The notes under the pieces are model-generated. The model saw only the letters and a program-made list of their open reading frames with translations. It was not told where the DNA came from and made no database searches. This document shows positions 1-8,268 of a DNA stretch of 64,000 bases, piece by piece. The position numbers and the translations under genes were made by a program. This stretch comes from Candidatus Melainabacteria bacterium RIFCSPLOWO2_02_FULL_35_15 (GTDB lineage: Bacteria > Cyanobacteriota > Vampirovibrionia > 2-02-FULL-35-15). The stretch lies in contig MFRN01000035.1 in the NCBI GenBank assembly GCA_001784585.1, forward strand, positions 42,925-106,924, read 5' to 3'. Position 1 is the stretch's first letter. Each line of letters starts with the position of its first letter.

Positions 1-892
1 CTCTTAGTGCCTCTAAAGCAGCAGTAGTCAAATCATTTACTTCAATTAAACTACCACTGTCATCAGATGAAAACTCATCATTTATATCTGAATCAAGAGG
101 GACAAGAGCTTCAAATTCTTTTTCTGCTTCAACACTTACAACCCCTGCATCAACAGGATCAGTATCTGGTGCTGCCGAATCATCACCGGTAGTTTGTGCC
201 AGTAATTTTCTATTCTTCTTAGTAGTAGTATTGTTTGATGGAAGTTTCTGAGCTCTTACTTCTGTAAAGAATGCACCGTTATTACTTGTGGTTACTGATT
301 TATCTGAGATTTTATCTCCGCCTAAGTCTTCTACGGATACCACACCTGTTGTTTTTGTCTTAGCAGTACCTACAACAAGTGCCGGTGGTTCATATGTAAA
401 TGCATCGGTAGTAATGTTTAAGTCGCTGCCGTCAGATATTTTTAATTTATATTGATCACCGGGGAGTGAACTGGGTGAAACAGTAATTCCTGACTGGTTA
501 GTAATAGAAAATAAATTTACGACCAGGAACTTGCCGGATTTTTTCTTTAGTTTTTTGCTCTGTAATGTAACAGATTCAGCTGGTACTGTATAAGTTTTGG
601 TGGAGTCTACTGTTGAAGTTAAAGTAACAGTAAGTTTACTTACACCAGATTTTCTGACTTTAGCTAACTGATCCGGCAGAAGAGCTACGTTAGCATCATC
701 AGCCGTTGGTATTAAAACACTACCATATATAATAGCTTCTCCATCGTTACTTAGTACTTGTGTACTGCTTGTTTTTGGTTTTCCTTTCTTTCCTTTTGCT
801 GCATAACATTCCTGAGCAGTTAAACACTCAGAAGATAATAATGCAAGAACTAAAAATATCGAAATAAATTTTCTCACTGTTTTTCCTCCCAT
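1..892 (-). CDS. Secreted cysteine-rich surface protein, paralog of the 1129..4647 gene. Partial: the N-terminal ~297 codons are in the window and the C-terminal part runs off the window start.
   Basis: Reverse-strand translation from ATG (complement of 890-892) gives MGGKTVRKFISIFLVLALL... with a signal peptide. It is collinear with the N-terminal ~300 aa of the 1172-aa protein downstream. DNA at 200-890 is near-identical by eye to 3960-4647. No stop codon occurs before position 1. Confidence 0.75.
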   Translation of the reverse strand, partial: MGGKTVRKFISIFLVLALLSSECLTAQECYAAKGKKGKPKTSSTQVLSNDGEAIIYGSVLIPTADDANVALLPDQLAKVRKSGVSKLTVTLTSTVDSTKTYTVPAESVTLQSKKLKKKSGKFLVVNLFSITNQSGITVSPSSLPGDQYKLKISDGSDLNITTDAFTYEPPALVVGTAKTKTTGVVSVEDLGGDKISDKSVTTSNNGAFFTEVRAQKLPSNNTTTKKNRKLLAQTTGDDSAAPDTDPVDAGVVSVEAEKEFEALVPLDSDINDEFSSDDSGSLIEVNDLTTAALEALR

Positions 893-1060
893 AAAAAACT
901 AATCCCCGATAGTGTAAGATTACTAAGATTTCTCTACCCTCAGGTGGGACAAATATCACACTGGCTAGCCCTGAATTTTTTTCATTTACAGGTGATACAC
1001 GAATATTTATTGGAAAAAATTTATTTTGTTTAGGGATAAATGTTATTCCATAACCTTACA

Positions 1061-1110
1061 AATAAAAAAAAGCCCTTTATTTTTTATAAAGGGCTTTTAA
1101 TTTTTTTTCT
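1061..1110. terminator. Bidirectional rho-independent terminator between the two tandem paralogs
   Basis: Perfect 12-bp stem AAAGCCCTTTAT (1069-1080) / ATAAAGGGCTTT (1086-1097) with a 5-nt loop. It is flanked by A-runs upstream and T-runs downstream, so it forms a hairpin plus U-tract on either strand. It lies just 3' of the minus-strand gene ending at 1129. Confidence 0.7.
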
Positions 1111-1128
1111 TAGATTATTTTAATTAAC

Positions 1129-4100
1129 CTAAGGGCAGGGGCTTCCAGTGGGTTTACAAGTATTACTTGCACTGCAGAAGAAACTCCCTGCCGGACAATT
1201 TTGTCCGCCGCCTGAAGAAGGGCATGTAATTTGACATGTGCCATCTGGGCATTTAGTTTGCCCGGCTGGACACGGACAAGCAGCTAGTGTTGTCTGACAT
1301 GAGTTATCGGGACATCTTATCGGAGTAGCTTGTGGGCAAGGGCATGTAATCTGACATGTACCATCTGAGCATTTAGTTTGCCCGGCTGGACACGGACAAG
1401 CAGCCAGTGTTGTCTGACATGAGTTATCGGGACATCTTATCGGAGTAGCTTGTGGGCATGTATCTCCGCCACCGCCACTACTGCTTGTACTAGTGCATGT
1501 AATTTGACATGTGCCATCTGAGCATTTAGTTTGCCCGGCCGGACACGGACAAGCAGCCAGTGTTACCTGACATGAGTTATCAGGACACATGATTGGAGTA
1601 GCTTGTGGGCATGTACCGCCACTGCTTGTACTGGTGCACTCAAGCTGTGTCACTTTGCAGCTTCCATCAGGACATCTTATTGGAGTAGCTTGCGGGCATG
1701 TGCCGCCACTGCTTGTGCTTGCACACTCAAGCTGTGTTACTCTGCAGCTTCCATCAGGACATCTTATTGGAGTAGTTTGTGGACATGTACCGCCACTGCT
1801 TGTACTGGTGCACTCAAGCTGTGTCACTTTGCAGCTTCCATCAGGACATCTTATTGGAGTAGTTTGCGGGCATGTGCCGCCACTGCTTGTGCTTGCACAC
1901 TCAAGCTGTGTTACTCTGCAGCTTCCATCTGGACACTTGATTGGTTTGTCTTGTGGACATGTAGTTGATCCACATTCAGTTTGATTAAATACACACTTGC
2001 CATCAGGACACTTAAATTGTCCTAGTGGACATGCGCCACCACTGCTTGTGCTGGTGCACTCAAGCTGTGTTACTCTGCAGCTTCCATCTGGACACTTGAT
2101 TGGTTTGTCCGGTGGACAAGGACCACCGCCGATGCATTTTTGAGTAACAGGATCAAATTTCTGATCAGGTGGACATTCTCCTTTGCCACATTCTGCCTGA
2201 GAAGGTTTACATAAACCATCCGGACACTTTACAGGTTTATCTGGTGGGCATTGTCCACCGCCAAAGCCACCGCCAAAACATGGTTTACACTCTGGAGGAA
2301 TATCTCCAGTTGATCCGCCGAAACCAGAAGGTTGCGTACCGCCTGGCGTTTGTTCAAGAAGTTTTCTTACATATTGGCTGCATGAGGCAGGGCAATTGTC
2401 CTGGCCGCCTTTTCCTTTTTTACAACCTCCGCCTTCATCTCTGACAAGTCCTTGTCCAAATTTTTCACAAATTGGTAAACAAGCTTCTTGTCCATTTGAA
2501 AGTTTTCCTGGTTCATACTTATCAGGATCAGGGCATGATTTCTTACAACTTTCTACTGCAACATCAGTAGCAACCTTGTCAGAACCAAAATTAGCTGTTA
2601 AATCTTTACAAAGACAACTACGTAAGTCACCTCCAAGTGGAATTGGTCCAGGGCCACCAAATCCTCCCATACCACTACCAAAGCCGCCAAATTGTTGTGC
2701 AGCAAATGTTGTGCTTGTACAGCAACCTTTAGTAACTATGCCAGAACCAAAATCACAAACAGGCCTGCCACTTTTAGCGTCACATGTTTGATGGCACTTA
2801 CATACTTTACAATCCTGAGGAAATCCAAAACCGCCACCAGGGGCACCAGGACCACTGGGACCACCAGGGGTACCAGGACCGCCAGGGCCACCAGCAGTTG
2901 ATCCGCCAAATGTTTGTTCTAAGCCTGTAAATGAAGGTTTTCCAAACTGACTTTCACAATCTTTATGACAACGGGTTAGTACACAGAGTTGTCTGGCTAT
3001 GTCGTTTGGAGTAGTTGGCGCACTTTCACCAGGAGGAAAAAATCCACCCTGTAGTTTAGAAGGAACACAGAATTTTTTACCATTACCTGCATCACCAATA
3101 GCCCAGTCAGGACCAGGGTTTGTCGGGTCAGGAATACATTCAGAAGCTGGTACTCCGTCTTTTGCATCTATTTCAAAGCAGAATAAATCTCTTGGCGGTT
3201 TTTTTACAAAACATTGACCAGGGCCGCCCGGAGTGCTACCTGGTGACGGGCCAGATACTTGTGCTAATCGAGTTATTGGTCCTGGGCCAGCGGGGCCTCC
3301 TTGTGGGCCGCCACAAACACCAAATGGCTGAACACAATTTTTTAGAATGCTTGCAAACTTAGTACATTCTGGCGGAGGACAAACTGGTTTAGGACCTTTA
3401 GCATTTGGCAGTACAAACTTTTCATATACATCACAGGGACTGCCTTTTTCTTCTCCTTTGGTAGCATGCTTACAATAAACTTCTGCTATTTTTTCCAGAG
3501 GCAGTTTCTCAATGAATTCCTTTCCTTCAAAGTTACAAACACTAAAATATGTAGACTTAACATCATTTCCTAGTGCTGCATCAGGTTTATCACAACGATT
3601 TGCAAGCAATTTAACATCCGGACATGCAGCAGAAGGTGTAGGTAAACCACCACTGCTTGAAGTTGATGTGCCACCTGTAATATCATCTAATTTTTGTTTT
3701 ACTGCCTGATCGGCAATTTCGTTAAGTGCTTCTTCATCTCCTTCTGCTGCTGCTTTTAAATAATCGAGCTCTTGAGTCGTCTCTTCTGTTACTTCAATAG
3801 CTTCATTTTCTGAGATTGCTTCATTTGCGTCCGGGTCAGTGCTAAGAGGGACCAGTGCTTCTAGTTCTGCATCTTTATCCTCATCAATGTTTACAGCAAC
3901 AACTCCCGGTTCTGTATCATCTTCGAGTAAAGTATTACTTTCATCTTCAGTTTGTGCTGACAGTTTTCTATTCTTAGTAGTAGTAGTGTTTGAAGGAAGA
4001 TTTTTTGCCCTTACTTCTGTAAAGAATGCACCGTTATTACTTGTGATAACTGACTTATCTGAAATCATATCTCCTTCAAGATCTTCTACTGTTACTACAC

Positions 4101-4647
4101 CTGTTGATTTTGTCTTAGCAGTACCAACAACAAGTGCAGGCGGTTCATATGTAAATGAACTGGTAGTAATATTTATATCTTTTCCATCGGAAATTGTTAG
4201 TTTATATTGATCACCGGGAAGTGAACTGGGTGAAACAGTAATTCCTGACTGGTTAGTAATAGAAAATAAATTTACGACCAGGAACTTACCGGATTTTTTC
4301 TTTAGTTTTCTGTTCTGTACTGTAACTGACTCTGTAGGTACTGTATAAGTTTTTGTGGAGTCTAATGCTGAAGTTAAAGTAACAGTAAGTTTACTTACAC
4401 CAGATTTTCTGACTTTTGCCAACTGATTCGGTGGAAGAGCTACGTTAGCATCATCAGCTGTAGGTATTAAAATACTTCCATATATGGTTTGCTCACCATC
4501 GTTACTAAATACCTGAATGCTAGCTGATGTTTTACCTTTCTTCCCTTTTGCACTTGTTTCATTTGTCGTACAAAATTCAAAAGAAATAAAAGCAAGTGCC
4601 ACAACAAAAAATATCAAAATAAATTTTTTCACAGTTTTTCCTCCCAT
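1129..4647 (-). CDS. Large secreted cysteine-rich tandem-repeat protein (1172 aa). It has a signal peptide, two predicted beta-sandwich N-terminal modules, an acidic linker, a Gly/Pro low-complexity Cys-rich region, and C-terminal 29-aa and 40-aa Cys repeats.
   Basis: ORF track gives 1172 aa. The N-terminus MGGKTVKKFILIFFVVALAFISF is hydrophobic. The C-terminal half contains the unit CPDGSCRVTQLECTSTSSGGTCPQTTPIR repeated about 8 times, then CPCPAGQTKCSDGTCQIT-type units. An upstream RBS GGAGG is present at 4649-4660 (complement). Confidence 0.85.
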   Translation of the reverse strand: MGGKTVKKFILIFFVVALAFISFEFCTTNETSAKGKKGKTSASIQVFSNDGEQTIYGSILIPTADDANVALPPNQLAKVRKSGVSKLTVTLTSALDSTKTYTVPTESVTVQNRKLKKKSGKFLVVNLFSITNQSGITVSPSSLPGDQYKLTISDGKDINITTSSFTYEPPALVVGTAKTKSTGVVTVEDLEGDMISDKSVITSNNGAFFTEVRAKNLPSNTTTTKNRKLSAQTEDESNTLLEDDTEPGVVAVNIDEDKDAELEALVPLSTDPDANEAISENEAIEVTEETTQELDYLKAAAEGDEEALNEIADQAVKQKLDDITGGTSTSSSGGLPTPSAACPDVKLLANRCDKPDAALGNDVKSTYFSVCNFEGKEFIEKLPLEKIAEVYCKHATKGEEKGSPCDVYEKFVLPNAKGPKPVCPPPECTKFASILKNCVQPFGVCGGPQGGPAGPGPITRLAQVSGPSPGSTPGGPGQCFVKKPPRDLFCFEIDAKDGVPASECIPDPTNPGPDWAIGDAGNGKKFCVPSKLQGGFFPPGESAPTTPNDIARQLCVLTRCHKDCESQFGKPSFTGLEQTFGGSTAGGPGGPGTPGGPSGPGAPGGGFGFPQDCKVCKCHQTCDAKSGRPVCDFGSGIVTKGCCTSTTFAAQQFGGFGSGMGGFGGPGPIPLGGDLRSCLCKDLTANFGSDKVATDVAVESCKKSCPDPDKYEPGKLSNGQEACLPICEKFGQGLVRDEGGGCKKGKGGQDNCPASCSQYVRKLLEQTPGGTQPSGFGGSTGDIPPECKPCFGGGFGGGQCPPDKPVKCPDGLCKPSQAECGKGECPPDQKFDPVTQKCIGGGPCPPDKPIKCPDGSCRVTQLECTSTSSGGACPLGQFKCPDGKCVFNQTECGSTTCPQDKPIKCPDGSCRVTQLECASTSSGGTCPQTTPIRCPDGSCKVTQLECTSTSSGGTCPQTTPIRCPDGSCRVTQLECASTSSGGTCPQATPIRCPDGSCKVTQLECTSTSSGGTCPQATPIMCPDNSCQVTLAACPCPAGQTKCSDGTCQITCTSTSSSGGGGDTCPQATPIRCPDNSCQTTLAACPCPAGQTKCSDGTCQITCPCPQATPIRCPDNSCQTTLAACPCPAGQTKCPDGTCQITCPSSGGGQNCPAGSFFCSASNTCKPTGSPCP
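1200..2110. repeat. Coding tandem DNA repeats inside the 1129..4647 gene: about 3 units of 120 bp (roughly 1226-1585) followed by about 6 units of 87 bp (roughly 1594-2110).
   Basis: The 87-bp units alternate between two variants (gtaccgccactgcttgtactggtgcactcaagctgtgtcactttgcag versus gtgccgccactgcttgtgcttgcacactcaagctgtgttactctgcag), giving a 174-bp higher-order repeat. Units differ by only a few substitutions. Confidence 0.85.
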
Positions 4648-4934
4648 AAAGAAAATATCTTTTATAATGCTAACCTCTTAACTGCTAATAAGTGAAATAA
4701 ATGTCACACAAGATACATACTATATAACGCGACATAAATGCTAACGCATATTATGTCGCTATTTTATGGCGGATCTTCATTGGCGTTCGGGTTGTCGAAG
4801 GACAACCCTCACTTGTAACATTACTTAGGTCGCTGCGTATATATAAAGATTTTCATTATGAGGGATACAGATAATTACTAAAAAGTATTAATTTTTTTGT
4901 CAATTTTAGAAATAAAAGGAACAAAAGCTTACGC

Positions 4935-4940
4935 TATAAT
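4935..4940 (+). promoter_or_regulatory. Putative -10 box (TATAAT) for the RNase P RNA gene
   Basis: A perfect TATAAT lies 5-7 nt upstream of the inferred P1 5' end at 4945. No good -35 hexamer is present at 17-bp spacing. Confidence 0.4.
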
Positions 4941-4944
4941 ACAT

Positions 4945-5366
4945 ATGAAGTTCCTCAAGCAGTTACGTTTTATTTATACATTTTATGCCAGGTTATTGGT
5001 AAGGAAAAATCTTGAAGGGATTTCTCCGGTATAAAGAAATGAGGAAAGTCCGGGCTCCATAGGGCTGGTTGCTTCGTAATGCGAAGTGCACGTAAGTGTG
5101 AGGAAAGTGCCACAGAAATGAAGACCGCCCCGTGAGATAATTTCATATCTCACGGGGTAAGGGTGCAACGGTGAGGTAAGAGCTCACCAGATTTTGCGGT
5201 GACGCAAGAACTAGGTAAACCCCGCTGAAGGTGCAAGGATAAGGTATAGGATTGAATCACAGTGGCCCGCTGCTCAATTCTGCCAAAGCCGCTTGAGGGT
5301 ATTGGTGACAATACTCCCAGATAGATAACTGCATAAACAAAACCCGGCTTATGAGGAACTTCATTC
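4945..5366 (+). ncRNA. rnpB: RNase P RNA, bacterial type A (M1 RNA)
   Basis: Universal P4 motifs GAGGAAAGTCCGGGCTCCATAGGGC (5041-5065) and ACAAAACCCGGCTTA (5336-5351) are present. A 13-bp P1 stem is formed by ATGAAGTTCCTCA (4945-4957) and TGAGGAACTTCAT (5352-5364), followed by a T-tract. Internal GNRA-type and conserved regions include GTAAGAGCTCACCAG. Length is about 420 nt. Confidence 0.9.
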
Positions 5367-5420
5367 TTTTTAATAACTTCAGGTACTCCATCAGCAAACC
5401 GGGCAGTCTATATAAAGGTA

Positions 5421-5478
5421 GCTCTGAGGAGCAACGTCACCGCCGCCAGAGGCGAGGCGGCAAGAGCCACCCGAGTAA
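5421..5478 (+). repeat. GC-rich hairpin element in the leader of the Nit-family gene
   Basis: A 58-nt GC-rich stretch (gaggagcaacgtcaccgccgccagaggcgaggcggcaagagccacccgag) sits in otherwise AT-rich DNA. It contains the stem GCCGCC/GGCGGC with an agaggcga loop. Confidence 0.4.
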
Positions 5479-5483
5479 TAACT

Positions 5484-6362
5484 ATGAATAAACTTAAAGT
5501 TGCTGCAGCTCAGATGTCAAGCGGGAGCAATAAAGAAAAAAATCTGGCACAGGCAAAAAAATTAATAACTTTAGCTGTAAGAAAAAAAGCAAGGTTTATT
5601 GTTCTGCCGGAGGTTTTTAATTATCGCGGAAATTTAAATGAAGCAGTTAAATTTGCTGAATCTGTTCCGGGATATTCTACAGATCTCATTTCACGGCTTG
5701 CAAAAAAATATAAGATCTGGATTTTAATTGGCAGTATGTTAGAAACTGCAGGGGCAGGTCGTGCCGCTCGTAAAACGAGCGGGCCTCGCTCACAAAGTGG
5801 GCGGGACCTGCCCTTTAATACATCAGTTTTAATTAACCCAAATGGAAAAATTGTTACAAAATACAGAAAGATACATTTATTTGACATCAGGTTAAAAGGA
5901 AAAGAAATCCTGGAGTCAGGCAGAAATCAGGCTGGTAAAAATCCAAAGTTAGCAAAGATTGAAAATATAAAAGCAGGGTTGAGTATTTGTTATGATTTAA
6001 GATTCCCGGAACTGTATCGTCATTATTCCAGAGCTGGTGCAAAAATTATTTGTATTCCCTCATCTTTTACCAGGCTTACAGGTGAAGCTCACTGGCATAC
6101 ACTTATAAAAGCAAGAGCAATAGAAAATCTCTCTTATGTAATAGCACCGAATCAGGCTGGAATCGGATCAGGTGGAATCAAAACTTACGGACACAGTTTG
6201 ATCGTGGATCCGTGGGGAAAGATTTTAGCTGAAGGACCGGCAAACGGTGAAACTGTTATATTTGCTGATATTGATCTGGAATACCTGAAGCAAGTTAGAA
6301 AAAATTTACCGGCACTGGAACATAGAAAAATATTTTGTTTACGAAATACGAACGACGAATGA
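5484..6362 (+). CDS. Carbon-nitrogen hydrolase (nitrilase/Nit superfamily amidohydrolase)
   Basis: The catalytic triad context is present: FIVLPE (Glu), YRKIHLFD (Lys) and ICYDLRFPE (Cys). Length is 292 aa. Confidence 0.85.
   Translation: MNKLKVAAAQMSSGSNKEKNLAQAKKLITLAVRKKARFIVLPEVFNYRGNLNEAVKFAESVPGYSTDLISRLAKKYKIWILIGSMLETAGAGRAARKTSGPRSQSGRDLPFNTSVLINPNGKIVTKYRKIHLFDIRLKGKEILESGRNQAGKNPKLAKIENIKAGLSICYDLRFPELYRHYSRAGAKIICIPSSFTRLTGEAHWHTLIKARAIENLSYVIAPNQAGIGSGGIKTYGHSLIVDPWGKILAEGPANGETVIFADIDLEYLKQVRKNLPALEHRKIFCLRNTNDE
5752..5815. repeat. GC-rich palindromic element inserted in-frame within the Nit hydrolase CDS
   Basis: Sequence ggcaggtcgtgccgctcgtaaaacgagcgggcctcgctcacaaagtgggcgggacctgcc has the inverted repeats GGCAGGTC...GACCTGCC and GAGCG-ggcc-tCGCTC. 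It encodes about 15-17 extra residues (TAGAGRAARKTSGPRSQSGRD) between the conserved GSMxE and FNTS motifs, relative to the usual Nit-family spacing. Confidence 0.6.
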
Positions 6363-6384
6363 CAAATGACGATATAATAACCCT

Positions 6385-7398
6385 GTGCCAAAAAAACGTT
6401 TACTCTCAGGAATCCGCCCTACAGGCTCGCTGCACATAGGACATTATTTAGGTGTGCTTAGAAACTGGGCTAAGTTACAAAATGAGCATGAATGTTTTTA
6501 CTTCATAGCTGACTGGCATACACTAACTACAAAATACAAAGATACAAATGAACTTCAGGGAGATATTTTAGAAGTAGCAAAAGATATTCTGGCTGGCGGA
6601 ATCGATCCAAATAAATCTACTCTCTATGTTCAGTCTGCAATTCCTGAAGTAGCAGAACTTCACCTTCTTTTAAGTATGGTTACTTATCAAAACTGGATTC
6701 ATAGGGATCCTACTTTAAAAGATATGGTAAGGATGCTTGCTGAAGATGAAGAAAAAGCAAAAGAAGAAGTTACGTATGGGCTTTTGGGTTATGTGGTCTT
6801 ACAAACGTCAGACATTTTAGGTGTGCTTGGTGAGCTGGTTCCGGTAGGAAAAGATCAGGTGGCACATCTCGAACTGAGCCGCGACATAGCAAGAAGATTT
6901 AATTTTATTTATAAAACAGACTTGTTTCCAGAGCCAAAAGCACTGCTTACTGAAACCCCATCTGTACCTGGCATTGATGGAAGAAAAATGAGTAAGTCTT
7001 ATGAAAATGATATTAAGCTTGTGGACAGTGAAGAAGCTACATCTAAAAAAGTTTTACAGATGATTACAGATCCAAAAAAGATAAAGAGAACTGATGCGGG
7101 AGAGCCGAAAGATTGTCAGGTAGCATATAAACACTATGAAATATTTGCAGATAAAAAAATACTCGATATAGTTCAGGATGAATGCAAAGGGGCAAAAATT
7201 GGCTGTGTGGATTGTAAGAAAAGACTATCCGGGATAATGAACAATTATTTCTGTGAAATTAGAAAAAAAAGAACAGCATTTAAAAATGATAAAGATATCC
7301 TGGAAATATTAGATGCAGGGAATAAACGGGCAAGGCAAGTTGTAAGATACACACTGGAAAAAGTTAGAGATGTTATGAAACTCAGGACGTGGGGTTAA
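6385..7398 (+). CDS. trpS: Tryptophanyl-tRNA synthetase
   Basis: The class I HIGH motif (GSLHIGHYLG) and KMSKS motif (GRKMSKS) are present. Length of 337 aa is typical of TrpRS. Confidence 0.85.
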   Translation: MPKKRLLSGIRPTGSLHIGHYLGVLRNWAKLQNEHECFYFIADWHTLTTKYKDTNELQGDILEVAKDILAGGIDPNKSTLYVQSAIPEVAELHLLLSMVTYQNWIHRDPTLKDMVRMLAEDEEKAKEEVTYGLLGYVVLQTSDILGVLGELVPVGKDQVAHLELSRDIARRFNFIYKTDLFPEPKALLTETPSVPGIDGRKMSKSYENDIKLVDSEEATSKKVLQMITDPKKIKRTDAGEPKDCQVAYKHYEIFADKKILDIVQDECKGAKIGCVDCKKRLSGIMNNYFCEIRKKRTAFKNDKDILEILDAGNKRARQVVRYTLEKVRDVMKLRTWG

Positions 7399-7414
7399 CT
7401 GCTAAAATACTTTT

Positions 7415-8248
7415 ATGCCTTTTACAGAAGAAAAATTAAATGAACTAAAAGAAATTACAAAAGACTTACGCAGATCAATTTTAAAAATGACTCATGCAGC
7501 AGCTTCAGGCCATCCCGGAGGCTCACTTTCAGCAGTCGAGATTTTAACTGTTTTGTATTTTGCCATTATGAAATATGATGCTAGAAATCCAAACTGGAAT
7601 GAGCGGGATCGAATGGTAATCAGCAAAGGACATTCAACACCGCTTGTTTACTCCATTCTGGCAAAAGCAGGATATTATAAAGGCGATGATCTTCTGACTT
7701 TTAGGCAGCTTGGCTCTCCATATCAGGGACATATCGATAGACTGAAAGCTCCGGGAATTGAAACATCTACAGGATCTCTGGGTCATGGAACATCGTTTGC
7801 TGTAGGTGCAGCACTTGGATGCAGACTGGATAAATTAAATAACAGGATCTACCTGCTTCAAAGTGACGGTGAACTTCAGGAAGGTTCTAGCTGGGAAGCT
7901 ATTATGTCAGCCAGTCATTATCACCTCGGGAATTTAACAGCAATAGTGGATAGAAACAGAATTCAACTTGACGGCTGGACAGAAGAGACACTGGCACTGG
8001 AACCCATAAATAAAAAGTTTGAAGCATTTGGCTGGCATGTACAGGAAACAGATGGTCACAATTTAAATCAAATTTATGATGCAATTTTAAAAACACATGA
8101 AATCGGTCCTAAAGAAAATAAACCATGTGTAATTATTGCTCACACTGTAAAAGGAAAAGGTGTTTCGTTTATGGAGGATCAGGTGAAGTGGCATGGCATA
8201 GCGCCTAACGATGATGAGCTAAAGAAAGCACTTCAAGAACTAGGCTAA
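7415..8248 (+). CDS. Transketolase, N-terminal subunit (split transketolase)
   Basis: The TPP-binding N-terminal transketolase region is present (HAAASGHPGGSLS, GHST, GSLGHG). Length is 277 aa. Confidence 0.85.
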   Translation: MPFTEEKLNELKEITKDLRRSILKMTHAAASGHPGGSLSAVEILTVLYFAIMKYDARNPNWNERDRMVISKGHSTPLVYSILAKAGYYKGDDLLTFRQLGSPYQGHIDRLKAPGIETSTGSLGHGTSFAVGAALGCRLDKLNNRIYLLQSDGELQEGSSWEAIMSASHYHLGNLTAIVDRNRIQLDGWTEETLALEPINKKFEAFGWHVQETDGHNLNQIYDAILKTHEIGPKENKPCVIIAHTVKGKGVSFMEDQVKWHGIAPNDDELKKALQELG

Positions 8249-8268
8249 AGAAAAGGAGAAGTAAAGAC

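Noticed and set aside
1200-2110. Possibility that the near-perfect tandem repeats are a CRISPR array
   Set aside because: The units are contiguous with no unique spacers, they keep an open reading frame, and they encode a repeated Cys-rich peptide. No cas genes are present.
1589-4210. Nine plus-strand ORFs (61-131 aa) listed in the track inside the 1129..4647 locus, including two repeat-containing ORFs of 131 and 121 aa
   Set aside because: They lie entirely within the antisense of a well-supported 1172-aa gene. Their internal repetition simply mirrors the coding tandem repeats of that gene. They have no RBS or independent support.
1129-4647. Diversity-generating retroelement target (variable C-terminal region in a surface protein)
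   Set aside because: No reverse-transcriptase gene or template repeat is present in the window. The variability is better explained by tandem-repeat dynamics and paralog conversion.
4690-4860. Hairpins upstream of the secreted-protein gene (GCGACATAA...TTATGTCGC at 4729-4767 and GGGTTGTC-gaag-GACAACCC at 4789-4808), considered as a small RNA such as 6S or SRP RNA
   Set aside because: None of the conserved SRP/6S/tmRNA motifs is present. The region is more simply the divergent promoter/5' UTR region for the 1129..4647 gene and rnpB.
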